Both the position numbers and the translations under genes were made by a program. A stretch of DNA of 64,000 bases from contig OZ024745.1 in NCBI GenBank assembly GCA_964016885.1, positions 42,222,001 through 42,286,000 on the forward strand. The letters are read 5' to 3'. Position 1 is the stretch's first letter. Each line of letters opens with the position of its first letter. Source of the DNA: Eledone cirrhosa. Lineage: Eukaryota. Shown here one piece after another: positions 23,800 to 37,259 of this stretch. The notes under the pieces were generated by a model. It was given only the letters and a program-made list of their open reading frames with translations. It was not told the DNA's origin and made no database searches.

Positions 23800-26700
23800 G
23801 AGGGACTCCTGGCTTCAGTGAACTATAGTCTCACCTTATTGCAGATGACTAGATGACTAGGCAATAGAATGCAGAGGGACTCCTGGCTTCAGTGAACTAT
23901 AGTCTCACCTTATTGCAGATGACTAGATGGCTAGGCAATAGAATGCAGAATGACTCCTTGCTTCAGTGAAGTATAGTCTAACCATTGTTGCAGATGACTA
24001 GATGGCTAGGCAATAGAATGCAGAGTGACTCCTGGCCTCTGTGAACTATAGTCTCACCTTATTGCAGATGACTAGATGACTGGGCAATAGAATGCAGTGA
24101 CTCCTGGCTTCTGTGAACTATAGTCTAACCATTGTTGCAGATGACTAGATGACTAGGCAATAGATTGCAGAGTGACTCCTGGCTTCGTTGAAGTATATTC
24201 TAACCCTTGTTGCAGATGAATTGATGACTAGGCAATACAATGCAGAGTGACTCCTGGCTTCAGGGAAGTAGAGTCTCACCTTATTGCAGATGACTAGATG
24301 AGTAGGCAATAGAATGCAGAGTGACTCCTGGCTTCAGTGAACTATAGTGTCACCTTATTGCAGATGACTAGATGACTAGGCAATAGAATGCAGAGTGACT
24401 CCTGGCTTCAGTGAACTATAGTCTCACCTTATTGCTGATGACTAGATGACTAGGCAATAGAATGCATAGTGACTCCTGGCTTCAGTGAACTATAGTCTCA
24501 CCTTGTTGCAGATGACTAGATGACTGGGCAATAGAATGCAGAGTGACTCCTAGCTTCAGTGAACTATAGTCTCACCTTATTGAGGATGACTAGATGACTA
24601 GGCAATAGAATGCAGAGTGACTCCTGGCTTCGGTGAAGTATAGTCTAACCATTGTTGCAGATGACTAGATGACTAGGCAATACAATGCAGAGTGACTCCT
24701 GGCTTCAGTGAAGTTCAGTCTCACCTTATTGTAGATGACTAAATGACTAGACAATAGAATGCAGAGTGACTCCTGGCTTCTGTGAACTATAGACTCACCT
24801 TATTGCTGATGACTAGATGACTACGGAATAGAATGCAGAGTGACTCCTGGCTTCAGGGAACTATAGTCTCACATTATTGCAGATGACTAGAAAACTAGGC
24901 AATAGAATGCAGAGTGACTCCTGGCTTCTGTGAACTGTAGTCTAGCCATTGTTGCAGATGACTAGATGACTAGGCAATAGATTGCAGAGTGACTCCGGGC
25001 TTCAGTGAAGTATAGTCTCACCTTATTGCAGATGACTAGATGACTAGGCAATAGAATGCAGAGTGACTCCTGGCTTCAGTGAACTATAGTCTCACCTTAT
25101 TGCAGATGACTAGATGACTAGGCAGTAGAATGCAGAGTGACTCCTGGTTTCAGTGAAGTATAGTCTAATCATTGTTGCAGATGACTAGATGACTAGGCAA
25201 TAGAATGCAGAGTGACTCCTGGCTTCAGTAAACTATAGTGTCACCTTATTGCAGATGACTAGATGACTAGGCAATAGAATGCAGTGACTCCTGGCTTCTG
25301 TGAACTATAGTCTAACCATTGTTGCAGATGTCTAGATGACTAGGCAATAGATTGCAGAGTGACTCCTGGCTTCAGTGAACTATAGTCTCACCTTATTGCA
25401 GATGACTAGATGACTGGGCAATAGAATGCAGTGACTCCTGGCTTCTGTGAACTATAGTCTAACCATTGTTGCAGATGACTAGATGACTAGGCAATAGATT
25501 GCAGTGTAACTACGGGCTTCAGTGAAGTATCGTCTCACCTTATCGCAGATGACTAGATGACTAGTCAATAGAATGCAGAGTGAATCCTGGCTTCAGTGAA
25601 CTATAGTCTCACCTTATTGCAGATGACTAGATGACTAGGCAATAGAATGCAGTGACTCCTGGCTTCTGTGAACTATAGTCTAACCATTGTTGCAGATGAC
25701 TAGATGACTAGGCAATAGAATGCAGAGTGACTCCTGGCTTCAGTGCACTATAGGCTCACCTTATTGCAGATGACTAGATGACTAGGCAATAGAATGCAGT
25801 GTGACTCCTGGCTTCAGTGAGCTATAGTCTCACCTTATTGCAGATGACTAGATGACTAGTCAAAAGAATGCAGAGTGACTCCTGGCTTCAGTGAACTATA
25901 GTCTCACCTTATTGCAGATGACTAGGAGACTAGGCAATAGAATGCAAAGTGACTCCTGGCTTTTGTGAACTGTAGTCTAACAATTGTTGCAGATGATTAG
26001 ATGACTAGGCAATAGAATGCAGAGTGACTCCTGGCTTCGTTGAAGTATAGTCTAACCATTGTTGCAGATGACTTGATGACTAGTAAATACAATGCAGAGT
26101 GACTCCTGGCTTCAGGGAAGTATAGTCTCACATTATTGCAGATGACTAGATGATTAGGCAATAGAATGCAGAGTGACTCCTGGCTTCAGTGAAGTATAGT
26201 CTAACCATTGTTGCAATAGAAGTATAGTCTAACCATTGTTGCAGATGACTAGATGGCTAGGCAATAGAATGCAGAGTGACTAGGCAATAGAATGCAGAAT
26301 GACTCCTGGCTTCTGTGAACTATAGTCCCACCTTATTGCAGATGACTAGATTAACGCAATAGAATGCAGAGTGACTCCTGGCTTCAGTGAACTATAGTCT
26401 CACATTATTGCAGATGACTAGAAGACTAGGCAATAGAATGCAGAGTGACTCCTGGCTTCTGTGAACTGTAGTATAACCATTGTTGCAGATGACTAGATGA
26501 CTAGGCAATAGATTGCAGAGTGACTCCGGGTTCAGTGAAGTATAGTCTCACCTTATTGCAGATGACTAGATGACTAGGCAATAGAATGCAGAGTGACTCC
26601 TGGCTACAGTGAACTATAGTCTCACCTTATTGCAGATGACTAGATGACTAGGCAATAGAATGCAGAGGGACTCCTGGCTTCAGTGAACTATAGTCTCACC

Positions 26701-29700
26701 TTATTGCAGATGACTAGATGACTAGGCAATAGAATGCAGAATGACTCCTTGCTTCAGTGAAGTATAGTCTAACCATTGTTACAGATGACTAGATGGCTAG
26801 GCAATAGAATGCAGAGTGACTCCTGGCTTCTGTGAACTATAGTCTCACCTTATTGCAGATGACTAGATGACTAGGCAATAGAATGCAGAGTGACTCCTGG
26901 CTTCAGTGGAGTATAGTCTAACCATCTTTGCAGATGACTAGATGACTAGGCAATAGAATGCAGAGTGACTCCTGGCTTCAGTGAACTATAGTCTCACCTT
27001 ATTGCAGATGACTAGATGACTAGGTAATAGAATACAGAGGGACTCCTGGCTTCAGTGAACTATAGTATCAGCTTATTGCGGAATGACTAGATGACTAGGC
27101 AATAGAATGCAGAGTGACTCCTGACTTCAATTAACTATAGACTCACCTTATTGCAGATGATTAGATGACTAGGCAAAATAATGCAGAGTGACTCCTGGTT
27201 TCAATGAACTATAGTCTCACCTTATTGCAGATGACTAGATGACCAGGCAATAGAATGCAGAGTAAATCCTGGTTTCAGTGAACTATAGTCTAACCATTGT
27301 TGAAGATGACTAGATGACTAGGCATAGAATGCAGAGAGACTCCTGGCTTCTGTGAACTATAGGCTCACCTTATTGCAGATGACTAGATTACTACGCAATA
27401 GAATGCAGAGTGACTCCTGGCTTCAGTGAACTATAGTCTCACATTATTGCAGATGACTAGAAGACTAGGCAATAGAATGCAGAGTGACTCCTGGCTTCTG
27501 TGAACTGTAGTCTAACCATTGTTTCAGATGACTAGATGACTAGGCAATAGAATGCAGAGTGACTCCTGGCTTCGGTGAAGTATAGTCTAACCTTTGTTGC
27601 AGATGACTAGATGACTAGGCAATAGAATGCAGAGGGACTCCTGGCTTCAGTGAACTATAGTCTCACCTTATTGCAGATGACTAGATGACTAGGCAATAGA
27701 ATGCAGAGTGAATCCTGGCTTCAGTGAAGTATAGTCTAACCATTGTTGCAGATGAATAGATGACTAGGCAATAGAATGCAGAGGGACTCCTGGCTTCAGT
27801 GAACTATAGTCTCACCTTATTGCAGATGACTAGATGACTAGGCAATAGAATGCAGAGTGACTCCTGGCTTCGGTAAAGTATAGTCTAACCTTTGTTGCAG
27901 ATGACCAGATGACTAGGCAATAGAATGCAGAGTGACTCCTGGCTTCAGTGAACTATAGTCTCACCTTATTGCAGATGACTAGATGACTAGGCAATAGAAT
28001 GCAGAGTGACTCCTGGCTTCAGTGAAGTATAGTCTAACCATTGTTGCAGATTACTAGATGACTAGGCAATAGAATGCAGTGACTCCTGGCTTCAGTGAAG
28101 TATAGTCTAACCATTGTTGCAGATGACTAGATGACTAGGCAATAGAATGCAGAATGACTCCTGGCTTCAGTGAACTATAGTGTCAACTTATTGCAGATGA
28201 CTAGATGACTAGGCAATAGAATGGAGAGTGACTCCTGGCTTCTGTGAACTGTAGTCTAATCATTGTTGCAGATGACTAGATGACTAGGCAATAGATTGCA
28301 GAGTGACTGCGGGCTTCAGTGAAGTATAGTCTCACCTTATTGCAGATGACTAGATGACAAGGCAAAAGAATGCGGAGTGACTCCGGTTTTCAATGAACTA
28401 TAGTCTCATATTATTGCAGATGACTAGATGACTAGGCAATAGAATGCAGAGTGACTCCTGGCTTCAGTGAAGTATAGTCTAACCATTGTTGCAATAGAAG
28501 TATAGTCTAACCATTGTTGCAGATGACTAGATGGCTAGGCAATAGAATGCAGAGTGACTAGGCAATAGAATGCAGAATGACTCCTGGCTTCTGTGAACTA
28601 TAGTCCCACCTTATTGCAGATGACTAGATTAACGCAATAGAATGCAGAGTGACTCCTGGCTTCAGTGAACTATAGTCTCACATTATTGCAGATGACTAGA
28701 AGACTAGGCAATAGAATGCAGAGTGACTCCTGGCTTCTGTGAACTGTAGTATAACCATTGTTGCAGATGACTAGATGACTAGGCAATAGATTGCAGAGTG
28801 ACTCCGGGTTCAGTGAAGTATAGTCTCACCTTATTGCAGATGACTAGATGACTAGGCAATAGAATGCAGAGTGACTCCTGGCTACAGTGAACTATAGTCT
28901 CACCTTATTGCAGATGACTAGATGACTAGGCAATAGAATGCAGAGGGACTCCTGGCTTCAGTGAACTATAGTCTCACCTTATTGCAGATGACTAGATGGC
29001 TAGGCAATAGAATGCAGAATGACTCCTTGCTTCAGTGAAGTATAGTCTAACCATTGTTGCAGATGACTAGATGGCTAGGCAATAGAATGCAGAGTGACTC
29101 CTGGCCTCTGTGAACTATAGTCTCACCTTATTGCAGATGACTAGATGACTGGGCAATAGAATGCAGTGACTCCTGGCTTCTGTGAACTATAGTCTAACCA
29201 TTGTTGCAGATGACTAGATGACTAGGCAATAGATTGCAGAGTGACTCCTGGCTTCGTTGAAGTATATTCTAACCCTTGTTGCAGATGACTTGATGACTAG
29301 GCAATACAATGCAGAGTGACTCCTGGCTTCAGGGAAGTAGAGTCTCACCTTATTGCAGATGACTAGATGAGTAGGCAATAGAATGCAGAGTGACTCCTGG
29401 CTTCAGTGAACTATAGTGTCACCTTATTGCAGATGACTAGATGACTAGGCAATAGAATGCAGAGTGACTCCTGGCTTCAGTGAACTATAGTCTCACCTTA
29501 TTGCTGATGACTAGATGACTAGGCAATAGAATGCATAGTGACTCCTGGCTTCAGTGAACTATAGTCTCACCTTGTTGCAGATGACTAGATGACTGGGCAA
29601 TAGAATGCAGAGTGACTCCTAGCTTCAGTGAACTATAGTCTCACCTTATTGAGGATGACTAGATGACTAGGCAATAGAATGCAGAGTGACTCCTGGCTTC

Positions 29701-32700
29701 GGTGAAGTATAGTCTAACCATTGTTGCAGATGACTAGATGACTAGGCAATACAATGCAGAGTGACTCCTGGCTTCAGTGAAGTTCAGTCTCACCTTATTG
29801 TAGATGACTAAATGACTAGACAATAGAATGCAGAGTGACTCCTGGCTTCTGTGAACTATAGACTCACCTTATTGCTGATGACTAGATGACTACGGAATAG
29901 AATGCAGAGTGACTCCTGGCTTCAGGGAACTATAGTCTCACATTATTGCAGATGACTAGAAAACTAGGCAATAGAATGCAGAGTGACTCCTGGCTTCTGT
30001 GAACTGTAGTCTAGCCATTGTTGCAGATGACTAGATGACTAGGCAATAGATTGCAGAGTGACTCCGGGCTTCAGTGAAGTATAGTCTCACCTTATTGCAG
30101 ATGACTAGATGACTAGGCAATAGAATGCAGAGTGACTCCTGGCTTCAGTGAACTATAGTCTCACCTTATTGCAGATGACTAGATGACTAGGCAGTAGAAT
30201 GCAGAGTGACTCCTGGTTTCAGTGAAGTATAGTCTAATCATTGTTGCAGATGACTAGATGACTAGGCAATAGAATGCAGAGTGACTCCTGGCTTCAGTAA
30301 ACTATAGTGTCACCTTATTGCAGATGACTAGATGACTAGGCAATAGAATGCAGTGACTCCTGGCTTCTGTGAACTATAGTCTAACCATTGTTGCAGATGT
30401 CTAGATGACTAGGCAATAGATTGCAGAGTGACTCCTGGCTTCAGTGAACTATAGTCTCACCTTATTGCAGATGACTAGATGACTGGGCAATAGAATGCAG
30501 TGACTCCTGGCTTCTGTGAACTATAGTCTAACCATTGTTGCAGATGACTAGATGACTAGGCAATAGATTGCAGTGTAACTACGGGCTTCAGTGAAGTATC
30601 GTCTCACCTTATCGCAGATGACTAGATGACTAGTCAATAGAATGCAGAGTGAATCCTGGCTTCAGTGAACTATAGTCTCACCTTATTGCAGATGACTAGA
30701 TGACTAGGCAATAGAATGCAGTGACTCCTGGCTTCTGTGAACTATAGTCTAACCATTGTTGCAGATGACTAGATGACTAGGCAATAGAATGCAGAGTGAC
30801 TCCTGGCTTCAGTGCACTATAGGCTCACCTTATTGCAGATGACTAGATGACTAGGCAATAGAATGCAGTGTGACTCCTGGCTTCAGTGAGCTATAGTCTC
30901 ACCTTATTGCAGATGACTAGATGACTAGTCAAAAGAATGCAGAGTGACTCCTGGCTTCAGTGAACTATAGTCTCACCTTATTGCAGATGACTAGGAGACT
31001 AGGCAATAGAATGCAAAGTGACTCCTGGCTTTTGTGAACTGTAGTCTAACAATTGTTGCAGATGATTAGATGACTAGGCAATAGAATGCAGAGTGACTCC
31101 TGGCTTCGTTGAAGTATAGTCTAACCATTGTTGCAGATGACTTGATGACTAGTAAATACAATGCAGAGTGACTCCTGGCTTCAGGGAAGTATAGTCTCAC
31201 CTTATTGCAGATGACTAGATGATTAGGCAATAGAATGCAGAGTGACTCCTGGCTTCAGTGAAGTATAGTCTAACCATTGTTGCAATAGAAGTATAGTCTA
31301 ACCATTGTTGCAGATGACTAGATGGCTAGGCAATAGAATGCAGAGTGACTAGGCAATAGAATGCAGAATGACTCCTGGCTTCTGTGAACTATAGTCCCAC
31401 CTTATTGCAGATGACTAGATTAACGCAATAGAATGCAGAGTGACTCCTGGCTTCAGTGAACTATAGTCTCACATTATTGCAGATGACTAGAAGACTAGGC
31501 AATAGAATGCAGAGTGACTCCTGGCTTCTGTGAACTGTAGTATAACCATTGTTGCAGATGACTAGATGACTAGGCAATAGATTGCAGAGTGACTCCGGGT
31601 TCAGTGAAGTATAGTCTCACCTTATTGCAGATGACTAGATGACTAGGCAATAGAATGCAGAGTGACTCCTGGCTACAGTGAACTATAGTCTCACCTTATT
31701 GCAGATGACTAGATGACTAGGCAATAGAATGCAGAGGGACTCCTGGCTTCAGTGAACTATAGTCTCACCTTATTGCAGATGACTAGATGACTAGGCAATA
31801 GAATGCAGAATGACTCCTTGCTTCAGTGAAGTATAGTCTAACCATTGTTACAGATGACTAGATGGCTAGGCAATAGAATGCAGAGTGACTCCTGGCTTCT
31901 GTGAACTATAGTCTCACCTTATTGCAGATGACTAGATGACTAGGCAATAGAATGCAGAGTGACTCCTGGCTTCAGTGGAGTATAGTCTAACCATCTTTGC
32001 AGATGACTAGATGACTAGGCAATAGAATGCAGAGTGACTCCTGGCTTCAGTGAACTATAGTCTCACCTTATTGCAGATGACTAGATGACTAGGTAATAGA
32101 ATACAGAGGGACTCCTGGCTTCAGTGAACTATAGTATCAGCTTATTGCGGAATGACTAGATGACTAGGCAATAGAATGCAGAGTGACTCCTGACTTCAAT
32201 TAACTATAGACTCACCTTATTGCAGATGATTAGATGACTAGGCAAAATAATGCAGAGTGACTCCTGGTTTCAATGAACTATAGTCTCACCTTATTGCAGA
32301 TGACTAGATGACCAGGCAATAGAATGCAGAGTAAATCCTGGTTTCAGTGAACTATAGTCTAACCATTGTTGAAGATGACTAGATGACTAGGCATAGAATG
32401 CAGAGAGACTCCTGGCTTCTGTGAACTATAGGCTCACCTTATTGCAGATGACTAGATTACTACGCAATAGAATGCAGAGTGACTCCTGGCTTCAGTGAAC
32501 TATAGTCTCACATTATTGCAGATGACTAGAAGACTAGGCAATAGAATGCAGAGTGACTCCTGGCTTCTGTGAACTGTAGTCTAACCATTGTTTCAGATGA
32601 CTAGATGACTAGGCAATAGAATGCAGAGTGACTCCTGGCTTCGGTGAAGTATAGTCTAACCTTTGTTGCAGATGACTAGATGACTAGGCAATAGAATGCA

Positions 32701-33940
32701 GAGGGACTCCTGGCTTCAGTGAACTATAGTCTCACCTTATTGCAGATGACTAGATGACTAGGCAATAGAATGCAGAGTGAATCCTGGCTTCAGTGAAGTA
32801 TAGTCTAACCATTGTTGCAGATGAATAGATGACTAGGCAATAGAATGCAGAGGGACTCCTGGCTTCAGTGAACTATAGTCTCACCTTATTGCAGATGACT
32901 AGATGACTAGGCAATAGAATGCAGAGTGACTCCTGGCTTCGGTAAAGTATAGTCTAACCTTTGTTGCAGATGACCAGATGACTAGGCAATAGAATGCAGA
33001 GTGACTCCTGGCTTCAGTGAACTATAGTCTCACCTTATTGCAGATGACTAGATGACTAGGCAATAGAATGCAGAGTGACTCCTGGCTTCAGTGAAGTATA
33101 GTCTAACCATTGTTGCAGATTACTAGATGACTAGGCAATAGAATGCAGTGACTCCTGGCTTCAGTGAAGTATAGTCTAACCATTGTTGCAGATGACTAGA
33201 TGACTAGGCAATAGAATGCAGAATGACTCCTGGCTTCAGTGAACTATAGTGTCAACTTATTGCAGATGACTAGATGACTAGGCAATAGAATGGAGAGTGA
33301 CTCCTGGCTTCTGTGAACTGTAGTCTAATCATTGTTGCAGATGACTAGATGACTAGGCAATAGATTGCAGAGTGACTGCGGGCTTCAGTGAAGTATAGTC
33401 TCACCTTATTGCAGATGACTAGATGACAAGGCAAAAGAATGCGGAGTGACTCCGGTTTTCAATGAACTATAGTCTCATATTATTGCAGATGACTAGATGA
33501 CTAGGCAATAGAATGCAGAGTGACTCCTGGCTTCAGTGAAGTATAGTCTAACCATTGTTGCAATAGAAGTATAGTCTAACCATTGTTGCAGATGACTAGA
33601 TGGCTAGGCAATAGAATGCAGAGTGACTAGGCAATAGAATGCAGAATGACTCCTGGCTTCTGTGAACTATAGTCCCACCTTATTGCAGATGACTAGATTA
33701 ACGCAATAGAATGCAGAGTGACTCCTGGCTTCAGTGAACTATAGTCTCACATTATGGCAGATGACTAGAAGACTAGGCAATAGAATGCAGAGTGACTCCT
33801 GGCTTCTGTGAACTGTAGTATAACCATTGTTGCAGATGACTAGATGACTAGGCAATAGATTGCAGAGTGACTCCGGGTTCAGTGAAGTATAGTCTCACCT
33901 TATTGCAGATGACTAGATGACTAGGCAATAGAATGCAGAG
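23800..33940. repeat. Tandem duplication of a 5069-bp (~68-monomer) block
   Basis: TGAGGATG at 24581/29650 and ACCATCTTTG at 26921/31990, both offset 5069. Many other rare variants are shared (TATCGTCTC, TGAGCTATAG, GCAAAATAATG, CTCATATTA). Confidence 0.9.
26190..26365 (+). repeat. Representative copy of a rearranged cassette (28-bp and 23-bp truncated monomers plus a linked variant monomer); 13 copies between 22.9 and 61.7 kb
   Basis: The junction TTGCAATAGAAGT occurs near 22901, 26211, 28490, 31280, 33560, 37761, 40990, 44524, 47751, 52180, 56072, 59533 and 61510. Each is followed by a ...TGAC(T/G)AGGCAATAG junction and GTCCCACC...GATTAACGC. Confidence 0.9.
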
Positions 33941-36900
33941 TGACTCCTTGCTACAGTGAACTATAGTCTCACCTTATTGCAGATGACTAGATGACTAGGC
34001 AATAGAATGCAGAGGGACTCCTGGCTTCAGTGAACTATAGTCTCACCTTATTGCAGATGACTAGATGACTAGGCAATAGAATGCAGAATGACTCCTTGCT
34101 TCAGTGAAGTATAGTCTAACCATTGTTGCAGATGACTAGATGGCTAGGCAATAGAATGCAGAGTGACTCCTGGCTTCTGTGAACTATAGTCTCACCATAT
34201 TGCAGATGACTAGATGACTAGGCAATAGAATGCAGAGTGACTCCTGGCTTCAGTGGAGTATAGTCTAACCATCTTTGCAGATGACTAGATGACTAGGCAA
34301 TAGAATGCAGAGTGACTCCTGGCTTCAGTGAACTATAGGCTCACCTTATTGCAGATGACTAGATGACTAAGCAAAAGAATGCAGAGTGACTGCTGGCTTC
34401 AGTGAACTATAGTCTCACCTTATTGCAGATGACTAGATGACTAGGGAATAGAATGCAGAGTGACTCCTGACTTCAATTAACTATAGACTCACCTTATTGC
34501 AGATGATTAGATGACTAGGCAAAAGAATGCAGAGTGACTCCGGGTTTCAATGAACTATAGACTCACTTTATTGCAGATGACTAGATGACTAGGCAATAGA
34601 ATGCAGAGTAAATCCTGGTTTCAGTGAACTATAGTCTAACCATTGTTGAAGATGACTAGATGACTAGGCATAGAATGCAGAGAGACTCCTGGCTTCTGTG
34701 AACTATAGGCTCACCTTATTGCAGATGACTAGATTACTACGCAATAGAATGCAGAGTGACTCCTGGCTTCAGTGAACTATAGTCTCACATTATTGCAGAT
34801 GACTAGAAGACTAGGCAATAGAATGCAGAGTGACTCCTGGCTTCTGTGAACTGTAGTCTAACCATTGTTTCAGATGACTAGATGACTAGGCAATAGAATG
34901 CAGAATGACTCCTGGCTTCGGTGAAGTATAGTCTAACCTTTGTTGCAGATGACTAGATGACTAGGCAATAGAATGCAGAGGGACTCCTGGCTTCAGTGAA
35001 CTATAGTCTCACCTTATTGCAGATGACTAGATGACTAGGCAATAGAATGCAGAGTGAATCCTGGCTTCAGTGAAGTATAGTCTAACCATTGTTGCAGATG
35101 ACTAGGTGACTAGGCAATAGAATGCAGTGACTCCTGGCTTCAGTGAAGTATAGTCTAACCATTGTTGCAGATGACTAGATGACTAGGCAATAGAATGCAG
35201 AATGACTCCTGGCTTCAGTGAACTATAGTCTCAACTTATTGCAGATGACTAGATGACTAGGCAATAGAATGGAGAGTGACTCCTGGCTTCTGTGAACTGT
35301 AGTCTAATCATTGTTGCAGATGACTAGATGACTAGGCAATAGATTGCAGAGTGACTGCGGGCTTCAGTGAAGTATAGTCTCACCTTATTGCAGATGACTA
35401 GATGACAAGGCAAAAGAATGCGGAGTGACTCCGGTTTTCAATGAACTATATTCTCACATTATTGCAGATGACTAGATGACTAGGCAATAGAATGCAGTGA
35501 CTCCTGGCTTCAGTGAAGTATAGTCTAACCATTGTTTCAGATGACTAAATGACTAGGCAATAGAATGCAGAATGACTCCTGGCTTCTGTGAACTATATTC
35601 CCACCTTATTGCAGATGACTAGATTACTACGCAATAGAATGCAGAGTGACTCCAGGCTTCAGTGAACTATAGTCTCACATTATTGCAGATGACTAGATGA
35701 CTAGGCAATAGAATGCAGAGTGACTCATGGCTTCTGTGAACTGTAGTATAATCATTGTTGCAGATGACTAGATGACTAGGCAATAGATTGCAGAGTGACT
35801 CCCGGTTCAGTGAACTATAGTCTCACCTTATTTCAGATGATTAGATGACTAGGCAATAGAATGCAGAGTGACTCCTGGCTTCAGTGAACTATAGGCTCAC
35901 CTTATTGCAGATGACTAGATGACTAGGCAATAGAATGCAGAGTGACTCCTGGCTTCTGTGAACTATAGTCTCACCTTATTGCAGATGAATAGATGCCTAG
36001 GCAATAGAATGCAGAGTGACTCCTGGCTTCAGTGAAGTATAGTCTAACCATTGTTGCAGATGACTAGATGACTAGGCAATAGATTGCAGAGTGACTCCTG
36101 GCTTCTGTGAACTATAGTCTCACTTTATTGCAGATGATTAGATGACTAGGCAATAGAATGCAGAGTGACTCCTGGCTTCAGTGAAGTATAGTCTAACCAT
36201 TGTTGCAGATGACTAGATGACTAGGCAATAGAATGCAGAGTGACTCCTGGCTTCAGTGAACTATAGGCTCACCTTATTGCAGATGACTAGATGACTAAGC
36301 AAAAGAATGCAGAGTGACTGCTGGCTTCAGTGAACTATAGTCTCACCTTATTGCAGATGACTAGATGTCTAGGCAATAGAATACAGAGGGACTCCTGGCT
36401 TCATTGAACTATAGTCTCAGCTTATTGCGGATGACTAGATGACTAGGCAATAGAATGCAGAGTGACTCCTGACTTCAGTGAACTATAGTCTCACCTTATT
36501 GCAGAGGACTAGATGACTAGGCAAAAGAATGCAGAGTGACTCCGGGTTTCAATGAACTATAGTTTCAACTTATTGCAGATGACTAGATGACTAGGCAATA
36601 GAATGCAGTGACTCCTGGCTTCAGTGAAGTATAGACTAACCATTGTTGCAGATGACTAGATGACTAGGCAATAGAATGCAGAGTGACTCCTGGCTTCAGT
36701 GAACTATAGGCTCACCTTATTGCAGATGACTAGATGACTAAGCAAAAGAATGCAGAGTGACTGCTGGCTTCAGTGCACTATAGGCTCACCTTATTGCAGA
36801 TGACTAGATGACTAGGCAATAGAATGCAGTGTGACTCCTGGCTTCAGTGAACTATAGTCTCACCTTATTGCAGAAGACTAGATGACTAGTCAAAAGAATG

Positions 36901-37259
36901 CAGAGTGACTCCTGGCTTCAGTGAACTATAGTCTCACCTTATTGCAGATGACTGGAAGACTAGGCAATAGAATGCAAAGTGACTCCTGGCTTTTGTGAAC
37001 TGTTGTCTAACCATTGTTGCAGATGATTAGATGACTAGGCAATAGAATGCAGAGTGACTCCTGGCTTTGTTGAAGCATAGTCTAAACATTGTTGCAGATG
37101 ACTTGATGACTAGGCAATACAATGCAGAGTGACTCCTGGCTTCAGGGAAGTATAGTCTCACCTTATTGCAGATGACTAGATGATTAGGCAATAGAATGCA
37201 GAGTGACTCCTGGCTTCAGTGAACTATAGTGTCACCTTATTGCAGATGACTAGATGACT

